From positions 1 through 64,000 of IMG/VR virus record IMGVR_UViG_3300020202_000066: 64,000 nt of DNA; one strand, given 5' to 3'. Both the position numbers and the translations under genes were made by a program. The stretch's first letter is position 1, and every line of letters starts with the position of its first letter. This document shows positions 8,695-18,092 of this stretch, in pieces. The notes under the pieces were generated by a model. That model ran no database searches. It was not told where the DNA came from and worked only from the letters and a program-made list of their open reading frames with translations. Source of the DNA: a virus.

Positions 8695-9968
8695 TGTCGC
8701 CGGCTGAGTTCGCGTCGTTTGTTCCGGCGGATTGCCGTGAGCGATTTCTTTCGCTCCTGCGGGTCTCGCCGCAATGTTGGGTGTTCGGGCGTCCCGACGC
8801 CATCCCGGGAAGGTACCGCAGCTTCAGCTTCTCAGGACGACTTCATCCCGCTCACCGGATTGCCTACACGTGGGTCAAAGGCCCGGTCTCGGACGAGCTG
8901 GTCATCGACCATCTTTGCCGCAATCCGAGCTGCGTGCGACCTGACCATCTCGAAGCAGTCACGGAGCGCGAGAACATTCTCCGAGGCGAGTGTCCGACGG
9001 CGCGCCGTCATCGCCAGCTCGCGAGTTACCGGCGTGCTTCCCTGCGTCAGGCGTCCGGCGATGTTGTCGGTGGCGTCCACTTCCTGGTCTGGATGGAGAC
9101 CACGATCAGCGGGCTGCGCCGAATTCGTATCGGTGCCGCGACCGGCGGTCCGAAGCCGGACGTGATTCACCAGTTCTCGACGCGTGACGCAGCAAGAGCT
9201 CAGCTAGCGTTCGAGGCTCTCTGTCGCGCTTCTGATCCGGTCGGCCTTGCTGATTGCTGGCAGCGCCCGTGGAACTACAGCCTCGGTTTCGGCAAGACCG
9301 ATATGGACTACTGGCCGCGGAACTTGACCGGCGCGGCCGAGGGTGGATGGCCGCCTCCGGAGTGGTGCGCACGTCCGGCGCTACTCACTACATGGGTGGC
9401 TGGCATCGGATCGAAAAAACAGCGGGTTTGCGTGGGGGTGCGTTGCGGCACTGACCTGCCTTACGTGCTTCGGGAGTTGCACTCGGGGGACGCTTCGACG
9501 GCGTGGGACGTACTTGATCTACTTCGCGCCAGTCACGATCCAGTACGGATCGCGGACTCGTTGCGAGAACGGTTCCACTCCAATCGAGTTCTCGGGGAGT
9601 TGTACCTTGACTATCCACTGTCGTCTCCACCGCAACGTGCGCGGCGAGTGCGATCGGGGCGGAAGAGAATTGGATCGGAGGTAGCCGTGGGCGCGAGCAG
9701 AGTGAAACCGTACAAGGGTGCGACGGTGCTGTACCGTGAGGACGGCGGTGAGTACGTTGCGCACGTGACGAACGTGCGGGGAGGACTTCACGACACCGTC
9801 GACCTGGTGGTGTTCAACGTCGGCTCGAAGCCGTTGCCGGATCTGAATACCAACGGAAGCAGGGAGCGCGTGTGCCAACGGGACGCGGTCGTGTTCGGCG
9901 AACTCTGCCCGGAGGCGCGGGCTCTCTGGCTCTGGCCGGATGTGCAGCCAGCGGTCTGGGGAGCATGA
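8694..9968 (+). CDS. HNH endonuclease domain fused to repeated unknown domains
   Basis: AHRIAY..IDHLCRNPSCVRPDHLEAVTEREN; TGATG coupling to repressor. Confidence 0.75.
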   Translation: MSPAEFASFVPADCRERFLSLLRVSPQCWVFGRPDAIPGRYRSFSFSGRLHPAHRIAYTWVKGPVSDELVIDHLCRNPSCVRPDHLEAVTERENILRGECPTARRHRQLASYRRASLRQASGDVVGGVHFLVWMETTISGLRRIRIGAATGGPKPDVIHQFSTRDAARAQLAFEALCRASDPVGLADCWQRPWNYSLGFGKTDMDYWPRNLTGAAEGGWPPPEWCARPALLTTWVAGIGSKKQRVCVGVRCGTDLPYVLRELHSGDASTAWDVLDLLRASHDPVRIADSLRERFHSNRVLGELYLDYPLSSPPQRARRVRSGRKRIGSEVAVGASRVKPYKGATVLYREDGGEYVAHVTNVRGGLHDTVDLVVFNVGSKPLPDLNTNGSRERVCQRDAVVFGELCPEARALWLWPDVQPAVWGA

Positions 9969-10195
9969 GCGACGACGAAGCAAAGTGCAAGACAATCGCG
10001 CTGCCTGATCCGGTGGTCGCCAACGCGAAGCGGTACCTGGAGATCATCCGGGACGCCTCTGTGCCGATCGCACTGAAGGCCCTTGCTGAGAGCCGAGCGT
10101 CGGAGGCGCTCAAGATCGTGGAGGAGATCGAGTTGTTCGCCAGGAACGCTGGCAGGAACCTTCGCGATGCGATTGTGAAGGAGCAGAAGAAGTGA
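9965..10195 (+). CDS. hypothetical protein
   Basis: ATGA-coupled ORF. Confidence 0.55.
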   Translation: MSDDEAKCKTIALPDPVVANAKRYLEIIRDASVPIALKALAESRASEALKIVEEIELFARNAGRNLRDAIVKEQKK

Positions 10196-10422
10196 GCGGG
10201 CAGCCAGTGTCTCTCGTGCGGGCCGCGCTCGCACGGTGTGTTCACCGCGGGCTCCTGAAGGATGCCTCGGCGCTCCTTCGTGTCCCGTCCCATCGCCTGA
10301 CCGCGATCGCGCGTGGTGACGACGTGCCCAACAAGCTGGAGCAGCAGGCCATCGCCGCGCGGCTGCAGCTGCTGTTCTCAATGATTCGCCAGGCGCCGCC
10401 GCTGGCTCCGAGGAGTGCGTGA
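10192..10422 (+). CDS. HTH-like small protein
   Basis: LKDASALLRVPSHRLTAIARG resembles XRE HTH; GTGA coupling. Confidence 0.5.
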   Translation: MSGQPVSLVRAALARCVHRGLLKDASALLRVPSHRLTAIARGDDVPNKLEQQAIAARLQLLFSMIRQAPPLAPRSA

Positions 10423-10688
10423 GGTTGACCGGAATCCCCGAAGAGTCCGAGGGCGCGCTCGCGGAGTTGCCGGCGCCGGCGAGTGCTCGTGTCCGCGGCG
10501 TGCTCCTGGTCGAGGCGAACCTCAACACAGGGGAGATCACGTACGCGGCCCCGGGCGCGCTCGTAGGCGATCCGGCGCACCAGCGAGCGGCGTTGCTGCG
10601 GTTCGCGCTCGGTGTCGGTGGCATCAGGGATTCCATCGGCAATGGAACGACTCGCGTCCACGTGAATGCAGGGGCGGTGGAGGAGTGA
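10419..10688 (+). CDS. hypothetical protein
   Basis: GTGA-coupled at both ends. Confidence 0.55.
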   Translation: MRLTGIPEESEGALAELPAPASARVRGVLLVEANLNTGEITYAAPGALVGDPAHQRAALLRFALGVGGIRDSIGNGTTRVHVNAGAVEE

Positions 10689-11548
10689 AGCTCAAGGCGC
10701 AGTGGCTGCCGGACCTTTCCGCGGAGGACTACTACGCGGACAGGGTGCTCGACGTCCCCACCCTGAACTACAGCACGGCGGCGCTGATGGTCAACCGGTC
10801 GTCGCGGCATGCGTGGCACAGCCATCCTCGACTCGGCGGCAAGCCCTCGCCAGCGGGCGACGGGGCAATGTCTGGGATCATCCTGCACAACCTCATCCTG
10901 GAGGGCGGACGGGACGTCGTCACGCTGGACTACGACGACTTCAGGTCGAAGGCCGCCAAGGAAGAGCGGGATGAGCTGCTCGCGCTCCGCAAGATTCCAG
11001 TTCTCAAGTCGAAGCTCGAACCCTACGCGGAGGCGGCCCTCAACTTCTCGCGGAACGCTCTGGAGTTCGGCATCAACCTGGTCTCGGTGGGGCGCCGAGA
11101 GGCCACCATCCATTGGCAGGAACGGTCAAGGCATGGATTGGTCGACTGCCGCGCTCGGCTGGACGCTGTCGTGGAAGCGATCGTCTACGACATCAAGACC
11201 ACGTCGGGGTCCGCGCATCCGGATGCGTGCGCCCGCAGGATTTACGAGCGCGGGTACCACATCCAGGCGAGTGCGTACCGGCGGGCGGTCGAGCGCGTTG
11301 AGCCTGACCTCGTCGGCCGTGTGAAGTTCGTGTTCCTGTTCTTCGAGACGGAGCCGCCGTACTCGGTGGTTCCTCTCACGCCATCCGGCGCGCTGCGGGA
11401 ACTTGGCGATCGCGACTGGGAGCGAGCGGTGGAGAAGTGGGCGGAGTGCCGGAAGAACGATCGCTGGCCGGGGTACGTGAGCGGAATCGAACAGGTGGAC
11501 CCGTTGCCCTGGGCGCTGTCCCGGGATCTGGATCAGGAGGCCGCGTAG
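10685..11548 (+). CDS. RecE/exonuclease VIII-like PD-(D/E)XK nuclease (DUF3799)
   Basis: CRARLD..YDIKTT..YHIQASAY..FETEPPY..WPGY; start GTG 10685. Confidence 0.85.
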   Translation: MKLKAQWLPDLSAEDYYADRVLDVPTLNYSTAALMVNRSSRHAWHSHPRLGGKPSPAGDGAMSGIILHNLILEGGRDVVTLDYDDFRSKAAKEERDELLALRKIPVLKSKLEPYAEAALNFSRNALEFGINLVSVGRREATIHWQERSRHGLVDCRARLDAVVEAIVYDIKTTSGSAHPDACARRIYERGYHIQASAYRRAVERVEPDLVGRVKFVFLFFETEPPYSVVPLTPSGALRELGDRDWERAVEKWAECRKNDRWPGYVSGIEQVDPLPWALSRDLDQEAA

Positions 11549-12508
11549 ATGCCAGCAGCAGCAAGGAAGTTCGAGGACAAGCCTGCAGTGCGCCAGAAGA
11601 CCCCGCTGCTTCTGGGACTGATCGGTCCATCCGGAACCGGCAAAACATTCTCTGCGCTTCGACTTGCCACCGGAATTCAGAGCGTGATGAAGGGGGAGAT
11701 CTTCTTCATCGATTCCGAGGCCAGGCGAGCGCTTCACTACGCCGATCGGTTCAAGTTTCGGCACGTCGAGTTCGCCCCTCCCTTCGGGCCGCTCGACTAC
11801 CTCGACGCGATCGAGCACTGCGTTGGCAAAGGCGCGACGACCGTAATCGTCGACAGCATGTCGCACGAGCACGAAGGACCCGGAGGTGTGCTTGAGATGC
11901 ACGCTGCCGAGGTCGAGCGAATGTCCGGTGGCGATCCACGTAAGGCTGAGCGCGTCAAGCTGGGCGCGTGGAACAAGCCGAAGGTAGACCGCCGCCGGAT
12001 GATCAATCGCATCCTGCAGATGCAGTGCAACTTCCTTTTCTGCTTCCGCGCGAAAGACAAGCTCAAGATCACCACGGGGCAGGATCCTCGTCAGATGGGG
12101 TTCATGCCCATCGCTGGTGAGGAGTTTGTCTACGAGATGGTCGCGAAATTCCTCCTCCTGCCCGGAGCCAACGGCGTCCCGACGTGGCACTCGGACTACG
12201 AGGGCGAGCGGATGATGATGAAGATCCCGGAGCAGTTCCGGGAGATCTTCTCCAAGCCCGAGCAGCTGTCGGAGGATCTCGGTCGGCAGATGGCGCTCTG
12301 GGCTGCCGGTGCTCCCGCGCCTCTGTCGGCGAGCTCCAGAATCGACGATCTCCTGGCGGCGTACGCTGACTGCGGCGATTCGGTGTTCTTCTCCAGGCTC
12401 GAGCAGGATCGCAAGGATATCTGGCCGAAGATCACCGCGCCAGAGAAGGAGCGACTCAAGGCGGCGGCTGACGCCGTGCAGGCCCGCCTGAATGGGAGCC
12501 CGGCGTGA
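11549..12508 (+). CDS. Sak4-like AAA ATPase (recombination)
   Basis: Walker A GPSGTGKT, IDSE, VIVDSMSHE; adjacent to RecE-like gene. Confidence 0.8.
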   Translation: MPAAARKFEDKPAVRQKTPLLLGLIGPSGTGKTFSALRLATGIQSVMKGEIFFIDSEARRALHYADRFKFRHVEFAPPFGPLDYLDAIEHCVGKGATTVIVDSMSHEHEGPGGVLEMHAAEVERMSGGDPRKAERVKLGAWNKPKVDRRRMINRILQMQCNFLFCFRAKDKLKITTGQDPRQMGFMPIAGEEFVYEMVAKFLLLPGANGVPTWHSDYEGERMMMKIPEQFREIFSKPEQLSEDLGRQMALWAAGAPAPLSASSRIDDLLAAYADCGDSVFFSRLEQDRKDIWPKITAPEKERLKAAADAVQARLNGSPA

Positions 12509-13131
12509 GCGGCGAGATTCGGATCCTTGGCATCGACCCGTCGATGAGCTGCAGCGGCTGGGCGCTCATCGACGGGGAGGCCAACGTCATCGAGTGCGGG
12601 ACGGAACGGGATCGCGAGCACGAACGTTCGGTGCCTGAGCGAATCAATGCGATGGCGTGGCGCCTGGCAGATGTCGTGAAGCGACTAGCGCCCACGCACG
12701 TGTACGCCGGAGAGCCGCTCATACACAACGCGAGGGGAAAGAGCATCAGTCTGATCAAGCTCGCGGGAGCCGTGGGTTTCGGGGCCCACGACCGAAGCAA
12801 TCGTGCGCTCACGGTCACCGGGATCCACGACGTGTCTGCGCGCCGAATCGTTGGGTTCAAGCCGACGAAGGTCAAAGGCGAGAAGGACAACGAGCGTGAG
12901 CAGCGGCTGAAGGCGGAGGTGTTCACGTTCGCGGTCCTGAATCTCAAGGGCGCGACGTTCACTTCGGTGGACGCGGCCGAGGCCGGGATCTTCGCGCTCG
13001 CTGGACTGAAGGTCGTGAAGGGCGAAGCGACGCTCACGGTGCCGAAGAAGGCGCGCAAGAAGCGCGAGGGCGGCGAGCGGAAGTCCAAGAGGGTGAAGCT
13101 CGCCGTGAGTGCAAAGGATCCGACGGGATGA
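12505..13131 (+). CDS. RuvC-like Holliday junction resolvase
   Basis: ILGIDPSMSCSGWAL N-terminus; DAAEA C-terminal acidic motif. Confidence 0.75.
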   Translation: MSGEIRILGIDPSMSCSGWALIDGEANVIECGTERDREHERSVPERINAMAWRLADVVKRLAPTHVYAGEPLIHNARGKSISLIKLAGAVGFGAHDRSNRALTVTGIHDVSARRIVGFKPTKVKGEKDNEREQRLKAEVFTFAVLNLKGATFTSVDAAEAGIFALAGLKVVKGEATLTVPKKARKKREGGERKSKRVKLAVSAKDPTG

Positions 13132-13913
13132 GCATCGGCGGGCCGCGGCGCCCGGTGCGGTCATGCACCGGCTGCGGGTTTGGGTACCGAGGCATCGGGC
13201 TCTGCCCGGAATGCCGGTCCGGCAGTCAGGCCCGACGCGAGTTCTCGCTGCATTGGGCAGGCCCGGCGCCCACCTGTGTTGGGCCTGAATGCGGCGAGCA
13301 GGTCGAGAGACTTCGGCACGGTCAGTGGGCGCGGTACTGCAGCGCTGACTGTAAGGGTGCGTGGGAGGCCGAGAATCGGACAGTGACCGGACCGGCCCGT
13401 CCCAAGTGCGGCATCGATGGGTGCGATGAGCGAGTGCGGATCGTGAAGTTGGGCGAGGGACCCGAGGGTGGAAAGTTCGGCCGGCTGTGTAGCCGGCATC
13501 AGAAGGAGGGTGCGATGACCACGGAATCGGTGAGGCCCACAGAGGCAGCTCCTGCGCCTCTGGGGGAGGCAACGACGGCGGCTGTCCCGCCGGCGGCGGC
13601 AGCTTCCGAGGGCGACAGGCAAGCGGCCCAGGCGCCGCGGGGAAAGCGGAAGTACACCCGGCGTGTGCAGGTCCCGGCGAAGCAGCCGAAGGCGCCGCGA
13701 AAGCTGGCCCGGGCGCGGCGCCCGGCACCGGCGGAAGCGAAGCCAGCCGGGCATGGTGTTGTCTCCGAGCAGATGGGTGGCCAAGTGGTTCAGATGGTCA
13801 CCAGTCTGCACGCGTCCATGCAGATGATGGTGGGGATCAACTCCGCCACTGTCGTGCTCACCGTGAATCGGGACGGCCAGGTAACGGCCGCGGATCCCCG
13901 GTTCCAGGGGTAA
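13128..13913 (+). CDS. Cys-rich Zn-finger protein, paralogue A
   Basis: Multiple CxxC; shares N- and C-termini with next ORF. Confidence 0.6.
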   Translation: MSIGGPRRPVRSCTGCGFGYRGIGLCPECRSGSQARREFSLHWAGPAPTCVGPECGEQVERLRHGQWARYCSADCKGAWEAENRTVTGPARPKCGIDGCDERVRIVKLGEGPEGGKFGRLCSRHQKEGAMTTESVRPTEAAPAPLGEATTAAVPPAAAASEGDRQAAQAPRGKRKYTRRVQVPAKQPKAPRKLARARRPAPAEAKPAGHGVVSEQMGGQVVQMVTSLHASMQMMVGINSATVVLTVNRDGQVTAADPRFQG

Positions 13914-13916
13914 CAC

Positions 13917-14780
13917 GTGCCGCTGAAGAGCTGGCCTCGGCCGGTGAAGTGCGAGGAGTGTGGAGGCCAGTTCCGCGGCGCGGGCTCGGTGTGTGCGGTG
14001 TGCAGAGAGCAGCCGGGCCAACGGCGACAGAGCGTGCGGAGGGCGGCAATGAGCGGGCCGACCATCTGCGAAGCGGGCGACTGCGATGAGCCAGTGCGCC
14101 GGGGCATCGATGGCAAGCCAGACACGGTGTGCTCCAAGGAGTGTGCTGAGGTGGTGCGACGAATGCACGGCTCGAGAGGGGAGCAGACGCCGACCCGAGC
14201 CGTCACGAGCGTCGTGGTTCGCAAGCCCGATCCCGACAAGCGGCTCGCTGCCGCGGCGGTCGCCATCGACCAGCGCACCCCCCGGTGCTTGTCGTCCGAG
14301 TGCAAGGAACGGGCGGCGCCGAGCCTGAAAGGCGGGTTCCGCCGCTACTGCAGCGATCGCTGCATGTGGGCTCATCACGGTGAGCGGCGGGCCACGAGGC
14401 GGGCCCAGATGGGAAGTCAGACTGCGATGGTTGAGACGGAGCGCGGCGGCGCGGGAGGGATGATGAGTGAGGCCGAGGTGGACCCCGCGCCGGCGCCGGT
14501 TTCGATCCAGCCGAAGCCCGAGGCAACCGAGGTCTTCCACGAGGTAACGGATGCGCGGGAGCTCGCGGCGGAGGTGGCCGCCGGCGCCATGCACAGTCCC
14601 GACATCATCCCGGGATCTGAGCCACAGGTCGATCCGATCTGGGACGCTCACAGCCTGCTCCGGCATCTCCGCGATGCGCTGGGATTCATCCCGGGCGCGG
14701 AGAGCGTGACGGTGCAGATCACAATCACCAAGGACGGGCGGATCACGCCGGCGGCGCCGGTGTTCGGGGGTGAGCGATGA
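13917..14780 (+). CDS. Cys-rich Zn-finger protein, paralogue B
   Basis: Multiple CxxC and YCSxxC motifs. Confidence 0.6.
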   Translation: MPLKSWPRPVKCEECGGQFRGAGSVCAVCREQPGQRRQSVRRAAMSGPTICEAGDCDEPVRRGIDGKPDTVCSKECAEVVRRMHGSRGEQTPTRAVTSVVVRKPDPDKRLAAAAVAIDQRTPRCLSSECKERAAPSLKGGFRRYCSDRCMWAHHGERRATRRAQMGSQTAMVETERGGAGGMMSEAEVDPAPAPVSIQPKPEATEVFHEVTDARELAAEVAAGAMHSPDIIPGSEPQVDPIWDAHSLLRHLRDALGFIPGAESVTVQITITKDGRITPAAPVFGGER

Positions 14781-16921
14781 GCTTGTTCAGCGCAGCCGAG
14801 CTGGAAGCACAGGGAGACCTGGGCTTCCCGGAGGGGCTTCAGTCGGACGACGAGGATGGAGAGTGCGATCCGTTCGGCGACCTCGAGCCTGACTACTTTG
14901 AGGCCACGCCCGTCAGTGCAATGCCGACATGGCGACTCATCAACTCTGGCGCACTGGAAGCCCTTCGGCAGATGCCTGACGAGTCTGTCAATTGCGTGGT
15001 CACCAGCCCTCCGTATTGGAATCTCCGTGACTACGGAGTCGAGGGCCAGCTCGGACTTGAGGAAACCCCGGAGGAATGGTGTGCGAATCTCGTCGCCATC
15101 TTTCGGGAAGTCCGGCGAGTACTCCGGTCGGACGGTACGTGCTGGGTGAACCTCGGCGACTCGTGGGCGAGCGACACCGGCGGCGGTGGCGGTGGCTTCT
15201 TGGGCTCCATCAATCGCACGTTCAACAAGTCGCACTTCCGACGGGGAATCCCGCCGGGATACAAGGAGAAGGACCTGATTGGCCAGCCGTGGATGTTTGC
15301 GCTCGCCGCTCGTGCGGACGGCTGGTACCTGCGGCAGGAAATGGTCTGGTGTCTTTCCGGCGGAACACGGGTTTACGCGCGCACTCAGAAGGGCGATGGG
15401 CCGATCACCGTCAAGGATCTCGTGCGACTCAAGCCCAGCACGGTCAAGCTCTGGAATGGGTCGAAGTGGACCCAAGTTCTTGGGTGGTCGTTGTCACCGG
15501 AGCCGCGAGAGGGGGCCTTCGAAATTGAGTTCCGCAGCGGTGAGCGGGTGGGCTGCACACAGGGCCACGTTTGGCCCACTCAACGAGGCAACGCGCGCGC
15601 CGATCAACTGGAACTCGGTGATGTGGTGCAGACCTGCGGACTACCAGCTCCGGATGTCCAGTACGCGCCTGCCCATATCGACGAGGATGTGGCGTGGCTG
15701 ATTGGAGCCTTCCTTGCAGATGGCTCCTACGACTCCAAGCGGAGGATCCAGCTCGCGGGCAACACCGTGAAATCGGCCCAGAGGGTAGCTCGACTCGCTT
15801 CCACCGCTGCAGCGTTCGGTGGCACCCTTCGCAAGTACACGGACGGAAACAAGAGCGACATCGTCGTGGACAGCCCGGCCCTTTCCGCAATCATCGGCCA
15901 GTACATCTCAGGTAAGAGTGCCCGAACCAAGGGGATCAAGTCGCGAGCCTGGCGACACAGCAACGACTGGCTCGGCGCCCTCTTCTCGGGATACCTCGCG
16001 GGCGACGGGCACTATGAGGTCGAGAACGACCGTTGGCGCCTTAGCTTCTGTCGCAACGACCGACTCGCCTCTGACCTGCGGACGCTATGCGCCCGCTGCG
16101 GATTCCGCCTCTCAGTCAGGGCTGGTTTCACGACGGGCTTCGGCAGCCGCTGGGCGACATACAAGGGGGAGGTCCGTCTCTCTCCGGCAAAGGGACACCA
16201 CAACGAGCAGGATCGCGGTGAGGTGGTCGCCATTCGCCACTCGAACGCGAGGCAGTTTTGGGACATTGGTGTGGAGGACGAACCACACCTCTTCTCCCTC
16301 GCTTCTGGAGTCCTCACGCATAATTGCAAACCGAACCCGATGCCGGAGAGTGTCTTAGATCGGCCGGCGCGAAGTCACGAGCAGCTATTTCTGCTGAGCA
16401 AGCGTGCGCGCTACAGGTACGACTGTGACGCGGTCCGTGAGCCCCACGTCCACCCGGATCGTGGGAACGCAGCTGATGAGGCGCAGCGGGCGTTCGACCG
16501 GAAGAAGCTGACCGCCCGATCGATGCCCTCCGGAGGCCTCGAAACGGGGCGAGCCCAGACATTCCGGGCAATGGACCGTGGACGCGTCAGGACCTACCAC
16601 CCGCTTGGAAGGCACCGACGCAGTGTCTGGACCATTCCAACGCAGGCCACGCCCGAGGCTCACTTTGCAACATACCCGGAGAAGCTGGTGGAGCCGTGCA
16701 TCCTCGCTGGCTGCCCGGAAGGTGGGGTCGTCCTTGATCCATTCGCCGGCAGCGGCACCACTGGCGTCGTGGCTCTGAAGAGGGGCCGCTCGTTCATCGG
16801 CATCGAGCTGAAGCCAGAGTACTGCGGCATCGCACGGAAGAAGCTGGCCGGCGCAGCACCGCTCTTCGCGAGGGAGTGGTCGCCCGATCCCGCACCCAGT
16901 GATGACGGGGGTGGGGACTGA
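14777..16921 (+). CDS. N4-C/N6-A DNA methyltransferase (beta class) with intein
   Basis: VTSPPYW catalytic motif before HFATYP..LDPFAGSGTTG SAM motif. Confidence 0.9.
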   Translation: MSLFSAAELEAQGDLGFPEGLQSDDEDGECDPFGDLEPDYFEATPVSAMPTWRLINSGALEALRQMPDESVNCVVTSPPYWNLRDYGVEGQLGLEETPEEWCANLVAIFREVRRVLRSDGTCWVNLGDSWASDTGGGGGGFLGSINRTFNKSHFRRGIPPGYKEKDLIGQPWMFALAARADGWYLRQEMVWCLSGGTRVYARTQKGDGPITVKDLVRLKPSTVKLWNGSKWTQVLGWSLSPEPREGAFEIEFRSGERVGCTQGHVWPTQRGNARADQLELGDVVQTCGLPAPDVQYAPAHIDEDVAWLIGAFLADGSYDSKRRIQLAGNTVKSAQRVARLASTAAAFGGTLRKYTDGNKSDIVVDSPALSAIIGQYISGKSARTKGIKSRAWRHSNDWLGALFSGYLAGDGHYEVENDRWRLSFCRNDRLASDLRTLCARCGFRLSVRAGFTTGFGSRWATYKGEVRLSPAKGHHNEQDRGEVVAIRHSNARQFWDIGVEDEPHLFSLASGVLTHNCKPNPMPESVLDRPARSHEQLFLLSKRARYRYDCDAVREPHVHPDRGNAADEAQRAFDRKKLTARSMPSGGLETGRAQTFRAMDRGRVRTYHPLGRHRRSVWTIPTQATPEAHFATYPEKLVEPCILAGCPEGGVVLDPFAGSGTTGVVALKRGRSFIGIELKPEYCGIARKKLAGAAPLFAREWSPDPAPSDDGGGD
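15350..16324 (+). mobile_element. intein with LAGLIDADG homing endonuclease (325 aa)
   Basis: Starts CLSGGTRV, TQGH block B, WLIGAFLADG and LFSGYLAGDG, ends GVLTHN/C. Confidence 0.9.
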
Positions 16922-17199
16922 TGGCCGACCTCCTTCCGTTCGTCAGCCAGTCGGCGCCTGCTCCTGTGGATCGCGCCGTGGACGACATCCGGCTGCGCCG
17001 CGCTGGTGACTGGGAGTGGTTCACCGCGGCGGACGTTGACGCGCTGATCAAGAGGGTCGATGAGCTCGAGCGTCGGGAGCTCCGCTTGGTGGAGCTGTTG
17101 CGGCAGGGCGAGCTGGTCGCGGCTGACGTCCCAGCATCGGCGCCGGGCGCCGACGCAGCGCTGGTGTTTCTGCGGGCTGCGAGCGAGGTCACTCGATGA
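16921..17199 (+). CDS. hypothetical protein
   Basis: TGATG-coupled ORF. Confidence 0.5.
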   Translation: MADLLPFVSQSAPAPVDRAVDDIRLRRAGDWEWFTAADVDALIKRVDELERRELRLVELLRQGELVAADVPASAPGADAALVFLRAASEVTR

Positions 17200-17365
17200 A
17201 CCGAACCGATTGGTTGGCCGAGGCACTGTGGTGCTGGCTGATGGCGATCTGGCTCTTCCTGTTCGCGTGGCACCTGCAGCTATCACCGCCGGTGCTGGAG
17301 CGACCAGGGGTCTTGGACAGGTCAATGAACGAAAAGGACAACGGAGCGAAGTGAGAGGAGAGAGC

Positions 17366-17602
17366 ATGGGAAGGACGACTCAAGGGCGGCGCCCGATGGC
17401 GCAAGGTAGTAGGAGCCGACCGGCCGTCAGGCGGCGCCATTCTGACAAGGAGCGACGCGACCTGGTCCGCCAGTTCGTACGCAGCGGCGTGAGCGATGAC
17501 GAGTTCCTCGCCACGCTTCCGCCCACGCAGCGCGTGAGCTCCAAGACGCTCTACAACTGGCGGAAGGTCTTCGCGCCGAAGTCGATCAAGAGCCGGTCGT
17601 AG
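17366..17602 (+). CDS. small HTH DNA-binding protein
   Basis: RRHSDKERRDLV..VSSKTLYNWRK (HTH_Tnp_1-like); GAGGAG RBS. Confidence 0.6.
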   Translation: MGRTTQGRRPMAQGSRSRPAVRRRHSDKERRDLVRQFVRSGVSDDEFLATLPPTQRVSSKTLYNWRKVFAPKSIKSRS

Positions 17603-17671
17603 TACCCACAACCTAGTCCATCTTTCCCCGAGATCCCCGCCTGGGGTCTCCCCTGCCTTTCGGAGGTCGCG

Positions 17672-18004
17672 ATGAACGACGTGAGAGTAGCTCCTGCGGT
17701 CCTAGCGCTGGACCCGGCCGCCCGCGCCAAGCGGCGACAGGAGCGCATCGACCGCATCACGAGCTTCGTGAAGGAGCAGGCGCAGACCATCGCGAACATC
17801 GAGGCCCGCGTCGAGGCAGCTGACGCGCGAGTGAGGAACACAGAGGTTCGTCTTGAACGGGCCGCCCGGCTCCTGGGCTTCCGGGTGGCCGAGGTGGATC
17901 GACTGCAGACCGTGCTCCGCCAGCTGTTGGAGGCGAGCGCGGTGCCGGCGGACCGGATCCGAGACGTGATGGATGCGCTCGCCGTGACGCCGGCGAGCGG
18001 CTGA
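17672..18004 (+). CDS. coiled-coil protein
   Basis: GGAGG RBS, heptad pattern. Confidence 0.6.
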   Translation: MNDVRVAPAVLALDPAARAKRRQERIDRITSFVKEQAQTIANIEARVEAADARVRNTEVRLERAARLLGFRVAEVDRLQTVLRQLLEASAVPADRIRDVMDALAVTPASG

Positions 18005-18092
18005 CGCTGCCGCTCCGAGGTCCGCCTAGAGTTCGGTGCGGAGGGAGATAGAACCCCGCGCCACGGAGTCCCGGTGAAGAGAGGAGGTCCCT

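Noticed and set aside
17366-17602. IS3-family transposase
   Set aside because: Only an HTH; no DDE ORF or terminal inverted repeats.
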